NCBI GenBank assembly: GCA_023213395.1
Contig: CM041465.1
Coordinates: 113,653,741 to 113,717,740, forward strand
Source of the DNA: Cycas panzhihuaensis
Lineage: Eukaryota > Plantae > Cycadophyta
DNA length: 64,000 bases
Direction of reading: 5' to 3'
Of the stretch, positions 11,737 through 26,521 are shown piece after piece (position 1 is the stretch's first letter; every line of letters begins with the position of its first letter). Both the position numbers and the translations under genes were made by a program. Under the pieces are notes generated by a model. That model saw nothing but the letters and a program-made list of their open reading frames with translations. It did no database searches and was not told the DNA's origin.

Positions 11737-14432
11737 TAGAATCATGTCTACAGGATGGTCTTCTATGCTTAGAAGGATATAACTAGTTAAGGTATAGTCG
11801 GGCTATAGATGGGATCCTAACGGCAAGAAAGAACACCACGCAGGGTGTTCGTGCATCGGAGCACAGATTCGAGACCTATGAATGGTGCCCAATTACCTTA
11901 GGGTAATCTTTAGAAGGAGGACACAAGGTGAGGCCTTGGGTCATCCCAAAGGAGGAGGCCCACCTACCCCTTGGATGGTCAAGAAGAGGAAGGGGGACTC
12001 TAGGAAGTTGTGTCTTCTCACGGGAGGGAGAAGGCAATGTGCAAGTAGGTGTGTGTGAGATATGATGACCTAACTCAAACGGAAGAGGGATGTAGACTGA
12101 GTTTAGGTTGTTGTCTGATAAGTAAAGCAAGTGCGTTAAAAGAACTAAATACAAGTCTAGGGACAGATGGTTCTACACGTGGGCTAGATGGGGCTTAAGG
12201 GGTGTGCGGCTCATGCCTAAGTCCTATCTATACATGATGTGAATGACTACAGAAAAGAATTTATAAATGCAAAAAAAGTGTGTTCATTCCCTTTTTGTCT
12301 CCTATATGGCTTTAACATGCGAAGTTTGTATAAAAGCATAGCAGAAAAAGACAAAGAAGGGAAAAGGAGTACCTGAGAGAGAAGCATGGTTGAAATGTCA
12401 TGCCCTTCTACTCCTTATGCACTCATCCACTCAAACTCGCCACGCGGGTGTGGGGCTAGTTAACAATGGTCACCGGAAATGGACGAGGAGCTACCTTATC
12501 TTCCCCAATATATGAAAGCAAAGTAACAAAAAAAAGAAGCAATGAAGGAACCGAAAGCACTACTAGCTAGGAACTCATATGTTAAGAAGTCCACCTCCTT
12601 CCTACTTTCACTGCCATGAACCTGCTAATAACAAGATAAACATTTCTCCATCTCAGAGGAGGGGGCTACCAAATATGCCTAATATATATATGAATACCAA
12701 AGATAGCTAATAAATCAAGCTAAAAATAATGCACTCTACTCCAAAACCACCAAGCAAAACTCAGATCTAAGCAACACTAAGTAATGACTAAGATAAGGAG
12801 GTTAGCCTCATAATAGCCAGCCTACCCGCAAGTACCTCCATGTACCCTCAATGGGGAAAAACCAGGATGTGATGGTTGTTCAAAATAATAAGTAGAAAAG
12901 ACAATAAATCAACGAAATGGTGCATGGATAGACCCAAGAGATGAAGTGTTATGGCCAGTAAATCATTACGTTGGGGCAAGCCAAGGATCAAGAACCAAAC
13001 TGGGACAGATTTGGGGGTGTATGTGATGCCTAAAACCTGAGAGAGTAGGTTTGAAACTAGTGTGGTAAGGGCTGTCAATGCTGTTTTCAGAACTGAAAAT
13101 GGCCTCTCACTATCCCTAACCCAACTCTAGAGAGAGGCATGGAATGGAAGAGGAAGTAAGAGAAGGGTAAACCCTTAGGGAGAAGGCCAACAAGGGGATG
13201 GATCCCACCTTTCTCTCTTTACCCAACCTTATGCAGCCCTCTTGCATAGCCACCCTAGAGTGGGCTTGCAGGAGAAGAGAGGAGAAATACTACAAGACAG
13301 GGAGCAAAAGGTAAGCTCCTCTGAAATGAAAGGAGAAGAGAAAAGATTGACTCAAAACTTCTCATAAAGGAAAGGAAGAAACTAGGAAAACTTAAAGGAC
13401 TTTGAAGGAGTACCTGTAAGGCAAAAGAAGGGAGCCTTATTTTGCCAAAAATTAGAGGGAAAAACCTATGTTAAACAGGCTTTTCAGACTTGGGCTAAAG
13501 GGGAGGCAAACGTAGATGCCACTCTTAGTTCCTAGAGTTTGCTTGTTGATACATTGTGAATACTCTCCTTCTATGAAATAAACCTGCTAAAAGAAGCTTG
13601 AAGCTGCTGGAGCAGGGCCAGAGACGCAGAAGATGCACCTGTGGAATAGGAGCCATAGCAGAGGAGCAGATCGTGAGGAGGTTGTAGAGTGAGAGTTGGA
13701 GTAGAGAGCAAAAAATGAGTGAAGAAGAAAAAGAAAATGGCTTTGTTTTTGGGTTTTATACTCACCCCAACCCTAAACAAACATTTAGGGTTATGGAGAG
13801 GGTGAGTACTCAAGGGCACCACGTAGCAGTTTCACAAAAAGTACGAGAATTACCAAGGTAGTTTTGAAAAAATGAGTTTAAACAGTCGCACCATGGTAAA
13901 CTTTGTGATACTGCTTAGTTTCAATGGTGCAGGACTGAAAGTCAAAACGAAGGCAGAACCAAGGCCTAGAGCCAAACAGAGGGGTGTGCAAAGGCCTGGC
14001 AAGCTGGGAGCTCATGCCCAGGTGGTTGGTAAGTGGCCAAAAGAGAGAAACGAGTCTCGGGGGGCAGCATCCTATCACACCTAGAAGAGGACTCAAAGTG
14101 ATGACAGGAGTGTTGATGCAAACAGATCATGACCAACAACAAGGTTTAAGGAGTTATGGAGGTGTTGCGGGTAGCTAAATGCCATATGGGGTGCATGACT
14201 CGTTAAGGAGTGCCCCATGGTGGGTCGTCATAGGCTAAATAGTATGCAGTAGGCACAAGCAACGTGATCAAGTAGAGAAGGCAATGCAATCACACAAATA
14301 GCAAGCAAGTATGCATCAAACAACACTCTAAACAACTTCTACCAAGCGATAGCGAGGATGAAAGTGAGAAGTATATACCTATGCTGACCTGAGTCGACCT
14401 ATCTCAAGTCCATTCCCGGAAGCCGGAAAACA
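11737..14432. mobile_element. 2.7 kb solo LTR nested in the gypsy integrase
   Basis: Flanked by 5 bp TSD CAATC (11732-11736 and 14433-14437), with TA(G)...AACA termini. It is non-coding and GC-richer than its host. The integrase reading resumes across it (ANRKFGL|YTPP). Confidence 0.85.
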
Positions 14433-14437
14433 CAATC

Positions 14438-17400
14438 CAAACTTCCTATTGGCCTATTTTGATGTGCTACATAATATACATCCTCATATTATTATAGTCA
14501 TATCCTTTTGTATATTTGGACAATACATATATCATTATAAATTCAACGATGTTTTCCCACTCCAAAGTATCCTACAACTCGAGAGGTATGAGCTTCTCTT
14601 ATCCATTTCATTAAGTCTATATGCTTTAGAATGTAAACCTTGTCTTACTTGAAGAGTAGGCCACCTTTCAGTTGAAAATCAACAACTACTTTTCCCTGCT
14701 ATAGCTACTCCAAGATAGGCTTCAATGCCTTATCTTTTGAGTAAAATTAATATATTCATCATGGCAAAAAGTTTGAAATTACAAAGCTACTAACAAGCTA
14801 GAAATACCTTGCTATTGAGGAGGTATGGATAATAAGTCTATAATTTTGTTTGTTGTACCTTTCTTATACTTAACTACGATGTGAAACTGCTACAAATAGG
14901 ACATCCACTTCATGTACCTGGCTTGATGTAATTTGGACTGAGTCTAAAAGAATTACAAAGGCTTATGGTCAGTGTGGATGACCACCTCTTTTCCCAACAA
15001 ATAGGATCTCTAATGCTTGATTTTTTCGTGCAAATCTATAGAGGTCCTTATTATAAGTTAGGTAGTTTATGACAACTATATTAAATATCTCTGAATGGTA
15101 TACTATTAGTCTTCCCTCTTACTTCAACACTACTCCTATGGCAAAGCCTAAAGCATCAATCTCAAACTCAAATGGTTTTTTCAATGAGGGCAAGGCTAAA
15201 ACTGGTGCCTCACAGACTTTTTACTTCAAAAACCTAAAAGCTTTCTCTTGTTCATTCTCCCAAAGGAACTTTATATGTGAAGAGGTGTTGTAATTTGAGA
15301 GAATTTGAAAATAAATTTTCTTAAATATTGACATACACTAATGAAACTTCTTACCTCCATGGTTGTTTTTTATATGGGCTAAGTAAGAATGACTCTAATC
15401 TTTGCTGGGTCAATCTTCAATTCTCCTCCTCCAACTATAAAACCCAATAAGATAAAATATTACTTTCCAAACTCGTACTTATTTAGATTAAGTTTTAGTT
15501 GCTGCTCCCAAAGGACTTTGAGAACTTGCTCGACATGTTGGATGTGCTCATCCTAAATATGACTAAAAATTAGAATATCATATAAATAAATAATTACAAA
15601 GTCATCAATAAAAGGTCTTAATACCTCATTCATTAAACTCATGAAGGTGGTAGGTGCATTGCACAAACCAAAAGGCATCACCATCTATTTGAATAATCCA
15701 TGCTTCAATTTAAAGGTTGTCTTACAAGTATCCTCCTCCTGGATTCAAACCTGATGGTAGCCTGATTTTAGGTCCAACTTATTGAAATATCTTGTGAATT
15801 ACAGTTAGTCTAATAAGTCATGTATTTGTGGTAGGGGATATCGATTCTTTATGGTGATCTTATTCAAATCCTCATTGTCAATGCATATTCTCCATCCTCC
15901 ATCTTTCTTCATCACGAAAACAATAGGTGAGCCACATGGGAAATGACTCAGCTTGATCAATTCTTACTCTAAGAGCTCTTGAATCTACCCCTTAATCTCT
16001 TCATTCTCCAAACTTGAGTTTTGGTAGAGACTAAGATTGGGCAAAGATAAATCAGCAACCAATTAGATTTCATGTTCCATTACCCTCTTAGGGGATAGTC
16101 CTTTTGGCTCCTGGAATATGTCGTTGTATCAATTCCTTAGGCTTTCAATCTATTATACTTGTTTCCTATCTGGTTCCTACATTGAGGACCCTACTTGCTC
16201 TTTTTCTTCTAACTTTTGTTTCACTATTAGTAGCATATATTTCCTACAAGTATTAATCAATCTTTTCGCTTATTAGGCGGATATGAGGGAGACCTCCTTT
16301 TGTGGCTTTGATGTATTGATCAAATGTAATTTCATGTCCTTGATGAGTCAAACTTTTCTCAGTCTCCTATGATGGACTCCATCTCTATCATAAAGATATG
16401 AGCTACCAAACACAACCTGACATACATCCAAAGGAACTACCTCATATTCAACTTCATCAATAATTTTTTTAGAAATTACAAATTTAAACTTATATTGGTG
16501 AGTAACCTATAACTCTGAATCTTTTTGCAGCCATCTAAGTAGAGATGGTTTTGAATGTACATGTATTTTTAATCCCAACTTTTCACTAACACCTCTGAGA
16601 TTAAGTTCTTTTAGCTTCTTCCATAAAAGATGGCATCAACCATGCTTTGCTTCACTTATATTCTCACTATAACGAGCTCCTCTCTAATCTATAAATCAAC
16701 TTATTGATGGTTGTTTTTGGGCTCTGCATTGGCCATGAGCATCAACTTCCCATTATCCTCTTCAGTACTACAAACATCTTCATCACCTACAGAGTTAAGT
16801 AAATCTTTACCTTTTCCCTTATTCTTGGAACACTTCTTCAGATCTAAGAATCAACAATCATCTATGTTGTGACCCACTTGCTTATAATGCATGCAAGAGA
16901 CATTGATTTGAGTGGTATTGGCTTGTTTTTTCTTGCCAAAACCCTCAATCAGTTGTTGTCCAACTTTTCCTAAAAACGCTTTTCCTTGACCAGGTTTGTT
17001 GCTACCTTCTTGAGGTGCAAACCTTTTGCTATCAATCAAAACCTTCTTATTCCTCTTCTCTATGGTGATTGCTTTCTTACTAGCTTCATCGAGGGATTTA
17101 ATTTCAAACAGTTGAAGTTCTTGTTGAATATAGTGGTGCAACCCTCCAATATACTTCACATGATGTCTTTACTCAATAAAGAGATGTCCAACATAATAAC
17201 TTGCTTTTGAAATTCTATTGTATAGTCTTAGATATTTTGGCCTCTTTCCTATCGGTAATACTACCATTTAATCCTCTGTTACTTTTCATATGCAATACGG
17301 TAGAATTGCTTCTTTATGAGAATTTTAAATAATTTCCATATAATTTCAGTTGCATTATAGAATTTAAGGTATGCATTCCACCAAACTAATGTATGTTTAG

Positions 17401-17800
17401 ATAATTTTAACCTAGCAAAAGTAAGTTTTTGCTAGTTTTTATACCCATAAATGGAAAAATATATTTCTAATTGATCCAACCAACTATTTAAGTTTTCAAC
17501 ATCTAAGGTTCTATCATAGATGGACAAGTCTAGTTTTGCCTCTACCTTGAATAGATGAGTTGTTACTAATGGACTCTCATCTTCTTCCTCTTCTTGTTAG
17601 TCTTATGCAATTTCTTCATTTGTTTCTAGTTCATCTTCTTCCTTCCTTTTGCCTTTGGTTGTTGAAGAAGTTACACCTTACTGAGAGACTATTTATGCCA
17701 CAAACTGAGTTAGCATGTCAAGGTTTTGTTCCATATTTATGAACCTCTTCTTCATCTCTTGATCCAGTTCAACCATTTTCCTTTGCTTTCTATACTCTCT
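14438..17800 (-). pseudogene. Gypsy gag, protease, RT, RNase H and integrase zinc finger (disrupted)
   Basis: gag reads KYIGGLHHYIQQEL...CMHYKQVGHNIDDC. RT reads [27 protein letters not shown] and [13 protein letters not shown]. RNase H reads [14 protein letters not shown]. Confidence 0.92.
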
Positions 17801-17943
17801 CTCAAATAGGTCATTCAAAGGCTTGTTAGTGAATAAATATTAAAACCTAGTTTTCATAAAAACTTTTGAACAGATAAAACAAAGAGGGTTTTTCTCTCTT
17901 TTTCTTCAAAAATCTCTAAATTCCTAAGGGTTTTAAAGACTGA

Positions 17944-17955
17944 GCTCTGATACCA
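17944..17955 (-). promoter_or_regulatory. Primer-binding site, tRNA-iMet
   Basis: The reverse complement is TGGTATCAGAGC, located 7 nt from the 5' LTR end. Confidence 0.92.
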
Positions 17956-17962
17956 AAAATAT

Positions 17963-19057
17963 TGATTCGAATTTGAATGGAAAAATAAAAACTTATTCTA
18001 ATTGAAATAAATTCAGAACAATATACAATAATATTACATTATATTTAAAATTAGTTTAATTTTTCTTACACAAACTCCATAATTTTGCTTTCTATTGAGT
18101 ATGAATAGACTACTACAACAATTTGGGAGTGTAGAGAAGTATGTTGGGTACATTTTGGTCTACTGTACACTCTTTGATATCTCTTTCGGTGATTCCAATA
18201 AGGAGTTTTGGCTGTCATTCAGTTATAAATTCCTATTTGGAGAAGTTTCCTTCCTACGCATATTTCTTGGACTACTATGACTAGAATTTCTTCTCTTTCA
18301 ACTATGTCTAAGTCTTTCTTGGACTCTTCAACACCTCACGAATGAATCTGGGCTATTTTTAAAGTCCCACAGATGGATTTTTTCTTCACTGCACTTCTAT
18401 TTCTCCTCCTTTGATTATGCTATATTTTGTTTTAGAGTTATTTTTCTTCTTTGGGAACCTACTCTAAGTTCTTTCCTACATCTTCTCGCTCCTTTAGCTA
18501 TGTCTACAAAATGTTGGGCACTCATTCGTTAATTTCTGAATGAATTCGAGTGGATTTAATCCCTACTATCTTTATTTTCTTCTCAAAATAGTTTTTCTAT
18601 TTCCTTCATTGATCGGTTGATAACACATATTTAAATCTATTAAAATCTCTTTTTCTTTCTTCTAATGAGAAAGGACATGTGCCACATCATCCTCATAAAT
18701 TTTTATGTCAAATAAAATCCATTTCATCTATCAGAATCTTATTTTTCTATTATTTTTTTTTATTTTTTTTGTTTTTGAGTTGCACTAACAAGTCTTTAGA
18801 TTATACAAATAGGTCTTTAGGCTGCACTAATAGGTTTTCAGGTTACACCGATAAGTCTTTAGGTTACATCAATAGGTCTTCTAGTTGCACCACTGTTAAG
18901 GACAAGTTGTACTAACATTATATTTTTCTAATTTTTAAGCATCTAAATGGCATTTTTCTACCAAATGAAGGTTAGAAACATGAAAAATAAATATTAACTT
19001 GGCATTTTATACTCATTCTAAAGAGTATTATGAAATCAAATCTCTGAAATCAAATCA
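17963..19057 (-). repeat. 5' LTR of the gypsy element
   Basis: TGATTCGA...TCAAATCA termini, adjacent to both the PBS and the TSD. Confidence 0.92.
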
Positions 19058-19459
19058 GATATAACTACAAGTACTTATTAAAAAGATAATCTAATAGATA
19101 AAGTACTTAAAGACATATAAATATGCTCAGATAACATATAAAATTAAATAACAAAATATAAAGCATAAATGACATTTTCTTTCTTTAGATTTGTGCATTT
19201 ATAATATTAACACTGTAATGTACATGACATGTTAGGTATAGAAGCATAAGTAATTCATAAAGATTAATGTGGACCTATCATTTACATTTATTTTCCGTTA
19301 AAGATATCGCGCTTCCAAGCTTCATTAGTAGAAAGATACTCATTTGGATCAAACCTCAATAAAGCGTCAAACAACTTAATGAGGACTCTTAGTGAGTGGT
19401 CTTTATTTTGACTGACAAGATTCTGTAGGTGGTATACAACCATAACTTTTTGGATTTAT

Positions 19460-20923
19460 AATTATCCTTACCTTATAGCAATATCCTACTTATTTTTTCC
19501 CCATTCATGTCATATTCTCTCTCATATGTATTTGTATATAAGAAATTTGACTACTTTTGTGTTGTGCAATAAATAAACAAGATAGATATTACATTGACTA
19601 TGGTCTTAGAAGAAAGAGACAAGCACCTTATATCCTAATGTAGTAGAAACCCATCACAAATATACGAATTAATCTAGTAAACCAAAAATGGTGCATCCTC
19701 ATACTTGTTGTAGAATGAAATAAGATGCTACCCTTATGTAGGACAAATCAATATATAAAATGAATAGAAACTTTATACATAGTTTAAAAGTGATAGTTCA
19801 GGTCCTTATATATTCCCCTTGTAGATATCTATGGCAACCAAACTCTCTCAATCATCTCCTTTAATTAATAAACTCCAAGAGCATGGCATATCACCTAGTT
19901 TATTAAATTGATCTTAATTAGGTAATATGTGAAATTTATTCTACATGTATTTTCATATATGACTATTAGATTTGAATCTAAAAGCACATCTTTAACTTGA
20001 CTCTCTAATAGTTTAAAACTTGATTTTATGGATAACCCATAATCAATCTCTCAAACAATGTATAATCCCTCTTCTTACCTTAGATTAGGTGGGTAACTCT
20101 CACCATTCTTTCTGAATCAACATTCTCTCACCTTTTATTCCAAAAGAACAAGTTTATAAAAGTAATCTTTAATCACTATAACTTAACCACATAAATTAAA
20201 CATTATATTGAATATTATGGAATTTAATAAGACTATTAATAAGGATAAGAAGTATACTTTTGTTTTAAAGTCTATGAAGGACTAGTTATTTTAACATTTA
20301 CAACTATTAAAATTTTAATACCCTTCTTCTAGAATCTAATGTAAAAAATTTATTTTGCCATAGTACTCTTGTGTTTAATCTCCTTACTCTATCTCTTAAT
20401 AAAGTAGGCTTAGCTATGATTAAAGCCCCTCAATCAAGATGCATTTGTAGATTCCCTCTTTTAAGTATTAGATAAGCATCACCCCCTCCTTATAGCTAAT
20501 TGATCAATGGAAGAAGATGACTATCTAGAAGTTAATATAGAAGTCCTTCATTGGAGGAAGTTACCCCCAAGTTAGAGTAAATGATATGAATATTGGAATA
20601 TTGGTCTATCACTCTTCACATAGACCCCAAAAGTTTACCTTCATAAATATCTTATTTAGAAATCTAATTGATAAGTAGTTGTTATTGAAATATATTACTA
20701 TTTCATAGTTTGTGTGAATTACATTATTAGCTTTGGGCATATCTCTTTTATTATCTATTTAGAAAATAGACTATAATTTAGTGTCTAAGTTTTGTATTTT
20801 CAATCTTACCTACTTCAAAAGTCCTATCTCTTACTAAGTTGTTATGAAGGTCATTCAATAATGTTTTATACTAACATATAATACTTTTTAAAAATTTGGG
20901 CTATTAGACACATCTTATAGGTT

Positions 20924-20985
<62 letters not shown>

Positions 20986-21810
20986 AGGAGATGAACACCC
21001 TTGAATAAGGATTCCCATATAACTAAAACTGTTGAAATTCATTTTCAAATATATGAGACATCAAGAAAAATACATAAGGTTTCCTAGGTGTAATTTTTAA
21101 TTTAGCTAAACAAATTTAATAATAAATAGTAAAAATATCCCCTTAAATATATATTAACTATAAAATCTCTTTATATACATAGATAACCCTTTTTTAGAGC
21201 TATGAAATGATAAGCAATACATGAAAAAGGGTGAAATATTATGGGTGTTATGGTTATTTTAGTGAAGTGTTATTTCTCTTAAATACTTGAATCCTTTCAA
21301 TGAGATTTTCATAGTCATAAGGAATGTTTGACTTTAAAGGTTTGACCAAAAAAATCTTGACATTAAAAGTCTAAATAAGGAGGTCTCAACAAGAAAGAGA
21401 CTAACTTCAAACAACTATATTCTTCTCATATATTATTTAATTTTTGAGTTTTACCACTATAGGAAATCTCTCAATAGACATTTCATAATGGAATAATTAT
21501 TCAAGGTTGAGAAATAATTCAATATAATGTTTTATCCCTTTAAAATTATCAACCTAACAAGTTTCTCTAAATTTGTAACCATTATGGTTTGAAACTTATA
21601 AATTTGATTTCTGATAACATTTTTGTCTAGGGTCTATTTTAGGACTTCAAGCTCTTATTTCAGAGATATTAAGATAATCTATAATAAGCCATATACTTCT
21701 CATCATAAGGTCTTACTAATACAAACAAAAATACTTTATAATACTCAGTCCCTTCACTCTTTTATCGCTCTAAGAGAAAATAAAATCCTTCCAACTTGTG
21801 ATTACTAGAA
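19460..21810. repeat. Dispersed repeat modules homologous to 6900-8730 (probably a gypsy deletion derivative)
   Basis: Three homologous blocks are seen by direct comparison. Confidence 0.7.
20928..20985. repeat. Compound microsatellite (TC)n(TA)n
   Basis: Directly visible. Confidence 0.98.
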
Positions 21811-21849
21811 AAGTTCAATATAACTTTCTGGTATTTGAGAAATTAGAGC

Positions 21850-24526
21850 CCAAAATGAATCCTATGCTTTCATTGCTAGAGTTAATGATGTGAGCATATT
21901 ATAGCATGAGAGTTTTGGTCATTTTAACTATAGGAGTATTAGGCTTATGAATAGATTAAAGATGATGGTAAGTCTACCACAAGTTCTATGTTTAGTAGGT
22001 ATTTATGAAGTATGTATGTATTGGAATCAAAATCACTATACTAGCTACTAGACTTATCCTTGTGTTTATAGATAATTATAGCAAGAAAGCATGGGTTTTC
22101 TTCTTGAAAAATCAATCTGAAGTATTTGATCAATCTTTTTAATGGAAAGTATGTGTTAAGAATGAAAGTGATAAGAAAATAAAGATTTTTTGAAAGTAAC
22201 AATAGAAAAGAGTATGCTAATACTTCTTTTAATCAATTTTACCTTAATCATGGTATTAAATAGGAATTAACTATCCCATATACCCCATAAGAAAATAATG
22301 TTATAGAGAGAAAAAAATATATCATTATTAAGATGGCAAGGTGTATGGTATATGCAAAGAATCTAAAACCAATATTTTGGGCAAAAGCTATTGCAATAGT
22401 TATTTATAATCTAAATAGGGTACCTACAAAAGTTATTTATGGAATTACCCTGAATGAGTATTAGACTAGTTAAAAACCTTCTATTAATTATTTTAAAGTA
22501 TTTGTGTGTATTACATATGGACATATCCCAAATACACTTCATAAGAAGTTAGATCATAAGAGTTTGAAGTGTATCTTCATGGGGTACTTAAGAGAGAATG
22601 AAGTTTATAGACTTTGGGATCTAGAGGGGAAGAATCTCTCGGTCAGTCAGGATGTTAAGTTGGATGAGTTGATGACATACCTTACTTAGAAGTTATCTAG
22701 AGATAGATTTTATCCTCTACTTCTTCCATTCCCAAGCCATGATTCAACAGGTATAAAGACTCAAGGAACTAAGTATTATATGAAAAATACAAGTAGGATA
22801 AAGTAGGAGTAATAATGAGTAATTATCATAAGGGCAAATATATTCAACACCATGTGCTCAATTATGGGCTAGGAGGACTATTAAAGAATTTGGTGTGATG
22901 ATAGAAGATCTTGAAGATGGACAAAGAATAACAAGTCAACAACCTAGTTAGACTTTTTTGATGGAGATCAAAGATTCCAATGATCTAATTTTATATGAAG
23001 AAGAGAAAGAGGATTCACAATAGAGAGCTACAGTGAAGGAGGATATAGTAATCCAATTTTATATGAAGAATGATACATGGTATTTTATTCCTTTACCTCC
23101 ATCTAAGAACTTGGTCAGTTGCAAGTGGCTCCATAAGATGAATTTTTACTCTAATAAAGAGGTAGATAAGTATAAGGCTTGACTTATTATATAAGTCTTT
23201 AAATAGAAAAAAAAAGAAATTGATTATGAAGATACATTTACACTAGTTTCCAAGATGATAATTGTTTGATTGATCCTTGATTTGGTAGCTGCATATGGTT
23301 AGGGGCTGCACCAAATAGATGTAAAGTTAACATTCCTTAATAAAGACAAAAATGATAGATCTATATGGCTTAACCTCTTGGTTCTATGAAGGAAGGATAA
23401 GAGCATTTAGAATATCACTTAAAAAAATCTCTTTGTGGCCTAAAATAAACACTATATTCTTGGTATAATAAGATCGATGCTAGATTAAAGGAGGACAGTT
23501 TTATTACAATATAATTAGGGTTGAGTCTTTATATTCAAAGGAATGGAACTACAATAGTTATTATTGTATTATATATTAGTGACCTTATTATTATATATAA
23601 CTTAAATAGTGCTAATATAACTACAAAGTCCTATTTAGGACATAGTTTCAATATGATAGATCTTGAGAAACTTCATTACTTCTTGGGCATTGAAGTTAGG
23701 CAAATGGATGATTAAATCATAATATTACAATTGAGTTATGCAAAAGGCTTGTTGAGAGATTTAGGACAAAGGATTATATACTAGTAAATAGACCACATGT
23801 AAAGGGCATGAAACTCTTAAAATATATGAATAAGCTACCTATAGATAGGACTTTATATCATTAATTTGTAGGGACTTTGATTTGCTTAACTTATATTAGA
23901 CTTGACATTACTTATATTATTTGATTGGTATCTTATTACATATAGAGTCCTCAAGAACTATATTAGGTTATTACAAAGAGAATTCTAAAGTATGTTAAGG
24001 GAACACTTAATCTTGGTCTTGAAAACTTTCGATGTAGAGAGGTGAAATTACATGGGTATACTAATGTAGATTAGGATGGAGATGCTAAAGATAAGAAATC
24101 AGATATTAGATGCATTTTTGGTATTGGCATTGGGTTTGTATTATAATAGTCCAAAAAGTAAACTATAATTGTACTATCTTTGACATAGGTTGAATATCAA
24201 GAACTAGGTGTAGATGTAAGTGAATCTATATGGTTGCAAGAATTTTTATAAAATCTTAGAATGTCTACTATCACACTTATTGTATACATTAATAATCATA
24301 GTATTATTCAACTTTTGAAGAATTCAAACTTTCATGCATATATAAAGCATATCAAGATCTAACATGATTACATCCATGAGCAGATCAAATTAGGGAAGTT
24401 GTAGGTTAAATTTCATTTAAGTGAAGAATAAATTTTAGATGTATTCACCAAAGTTCTTACTAACGAAAATTTCATCAAGATTCATGCTAATTCAAGACTT
24501 AGTGAAGTTATCCTTTAGGTAGGATA
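21850..24526 (+). mobile_element. Decayed 5'-truncated Ty1/copia (integrase, RT, RNase H, PPT)
   Basis: Integrase reads HESFGHFNY and KKLDHKSLKCIFMGY...YRLWD. RT reads KNLVSCKWL, LHQIDVK and IVLYISDL. RNase H reads GYTNVD.DGD and FHAYIKHI. Confidence 0.9.
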
Positions 24527-24804
24527 TATTAATAAGGATAAAGAGAAATGATAGTCTAACTTTTAGAAAGACTTTAAAACATTGCATTTATTGTATATAG
24601 GTTGATAGATGTATATTTGACAGACTTATGGATCTATTTAAAGGGATCTTGAGTCCATAGTATTTTTATTTTTTAAGCATCAATGTAATCTTTTATTTTG
24701 TGGTGGGATTTTATTGAAATGTTTTCCATATCAATTTTATCTATGTGTACATATTTTGTTTATGCTTATTGTGTACATAGAGATTAGTATTCTTGTTTCT
24801 AACA
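24527..24804 (+). repeat. Probable 3' LTR of that copia
   Basis: T(A)TTA...CTAACA termini following the purine tract AGGTAGGATA. Confidence 0.55.
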
Positions 24805-26393
24805 CAAGTGAGGATTTGTAAAACTATTTCTAATTGATAAATGCATTGGACTAGGTTTGGATTATAGATAAGTATTTTATCAAAGAAAATAATAACAAAC
24901 TTTCAAAGATGAGGTGAAAAGGTTATATTCATGAGTATTTATAAGGTGGTGGGGGTATCATAAAGACTAAATGGCATAACCTAAAATTTAAAATTGTCAT
25001 GATAGGTATGGAATACTACTTAATGGTAACCATTAAGGGCAATGAGAATTTAATAATACCTTCATATAAGATCTAGATTTGAAAATATATGTACCAATTA
25101 GATTTCATCTAACATATCACTAATTTAGGAGGTTAGTAATTTCCTTTTACTTATAATTTTCATTAGTTCCTTATGGTTGATACCTAAGCAAAAAAACCAA
25201 TCTTTTTTGTAAACCAAAATAATGGAAGAAATATATTATCTTTTACTTGGATGGATGATGCTTATATCAAGGAGTTCTATGGTTTTTTGGGACTTCACTA
25301 TCTTGGAGATAGGTATTCTAATAAGGTTTAAGGATAATTAGATCATAGGAGTTATTGAGCTTAATAATATATTTAAAGCCTTTCTTAGGAGATAAGGGGT
25401 TTATAACAAATAAAAGAAAAAATAGATTAGCATTAGGTAAGGGTTATTGAATGTTAGGGTAAGTGAAGGTGGAGCTTCATTATTATTAAGATGAACTATG
25501 GATTCTAAGTTATTATTTTGGTGCTTTCATATTTGATTCTGAGACATAAGTTAAATCAAATACCTTTGTATGCCATGGATCTTATGGGTTTGTCTAAGAT
25601 AGTCTTTGAAAAGGATGAAGAGATAGGTAAGGGAATTATTTGTATTATAAATACAAAATGTTTTTAACCATTAGACTTCTAGGATAGAATGTAATCCTTC
25701 AATAGAAAGGATATAAATTATTAAAATTATGTGATATGCTCCTACTTAAATGTGAAGATGTTTTATTGTCCCTACATAATATAGGGTGTAATAATTATGT
25801 CAAGAGCAAGTAAAGATAGTTCTTGGGATAATATGTGAGCTCAATTAATAGAAAAGACTAATGCTAATAAAGTTGAGCAATGTGCCAAATTCAATGACAA
25901 TGGTTATTAGGGTTATACAAAGTGCATATTTTACTCTTAATGGTTCAAGGTAAGAGGTTAGGAAGGCATTAGGTTAAAGGTTGAAGCCATCTCTTAGGGT
26001 GTTTCCTCAACCATGCAATGTCTTGAGTTAGATTAATCATGTATGTAGAGGTTAAGATCAAAGCTGACGATTATAAGTCTAACTTTATATACTTTGGAAT
26101 GATCCTAACCCTACTTCTCTAAGCACTTAATACATAAGTTGGCCTCTTTTCATTAGTTGACATTGGTTATAATTATATGGATAGGAATTGAGGATTTATC
26201 AACTACTCAATGTTGAGAATTATCTAATCATTATTACTATGATTTTATAGTAGGAGGGCAGTAGTAAAAAATTAAATCCCATCATTGTATGAATGGGCAC
26301 TTAAAGGAAAACTCCACTAACTATGGAGATTGCCTCTCTAAGGTGAGTAAGTGGGACTAATTTCAAGTGTATTTTGATGTGATCCTTGAGTCC

Positions 26394-26469
26394 ATATATA
26401 TATGTATGCATGTATGTATGTGTATATATATATATATATACACACACATATACATATACATACATATAT
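26394..26469. repeat. Compound AT/GT/AC microsatellite
   Basis: Directly visible. It lies ~50 bp from the left edge of the array. Confidence 0.95.
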
Positions 26470-26521
26470 GATTAAGAATTTATATTACCCAATTCTATAG
26501 CTTTCGGTAATTTGTATTACC

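Larger units (their letters stand above)
9485..19057 (-). mobile_element. Full-boundary decayed Ty3/gypsy LTR retrotransposon
   Basis: Two ~1.1 kb LTRs, a perfect 5 bp TSD GATAT (9480-9484 and 19058-19062), an iMet PBS, and gag-PR-RT-RH-IN order on the minus strand. Confidence 0.95.

Noticed and set aside
11876-14178. Cluster of short ORFs in the GC-richer insert
   Set aside because: No recognisable domains, and the ORFs overlap on both strands, as expected by chance in a GC-richer LTR.
24850-26390. Possible decayed retroelement coding sequence
   Set aside because: I could not read a convincing motif in any frame, so it is left unannotated.
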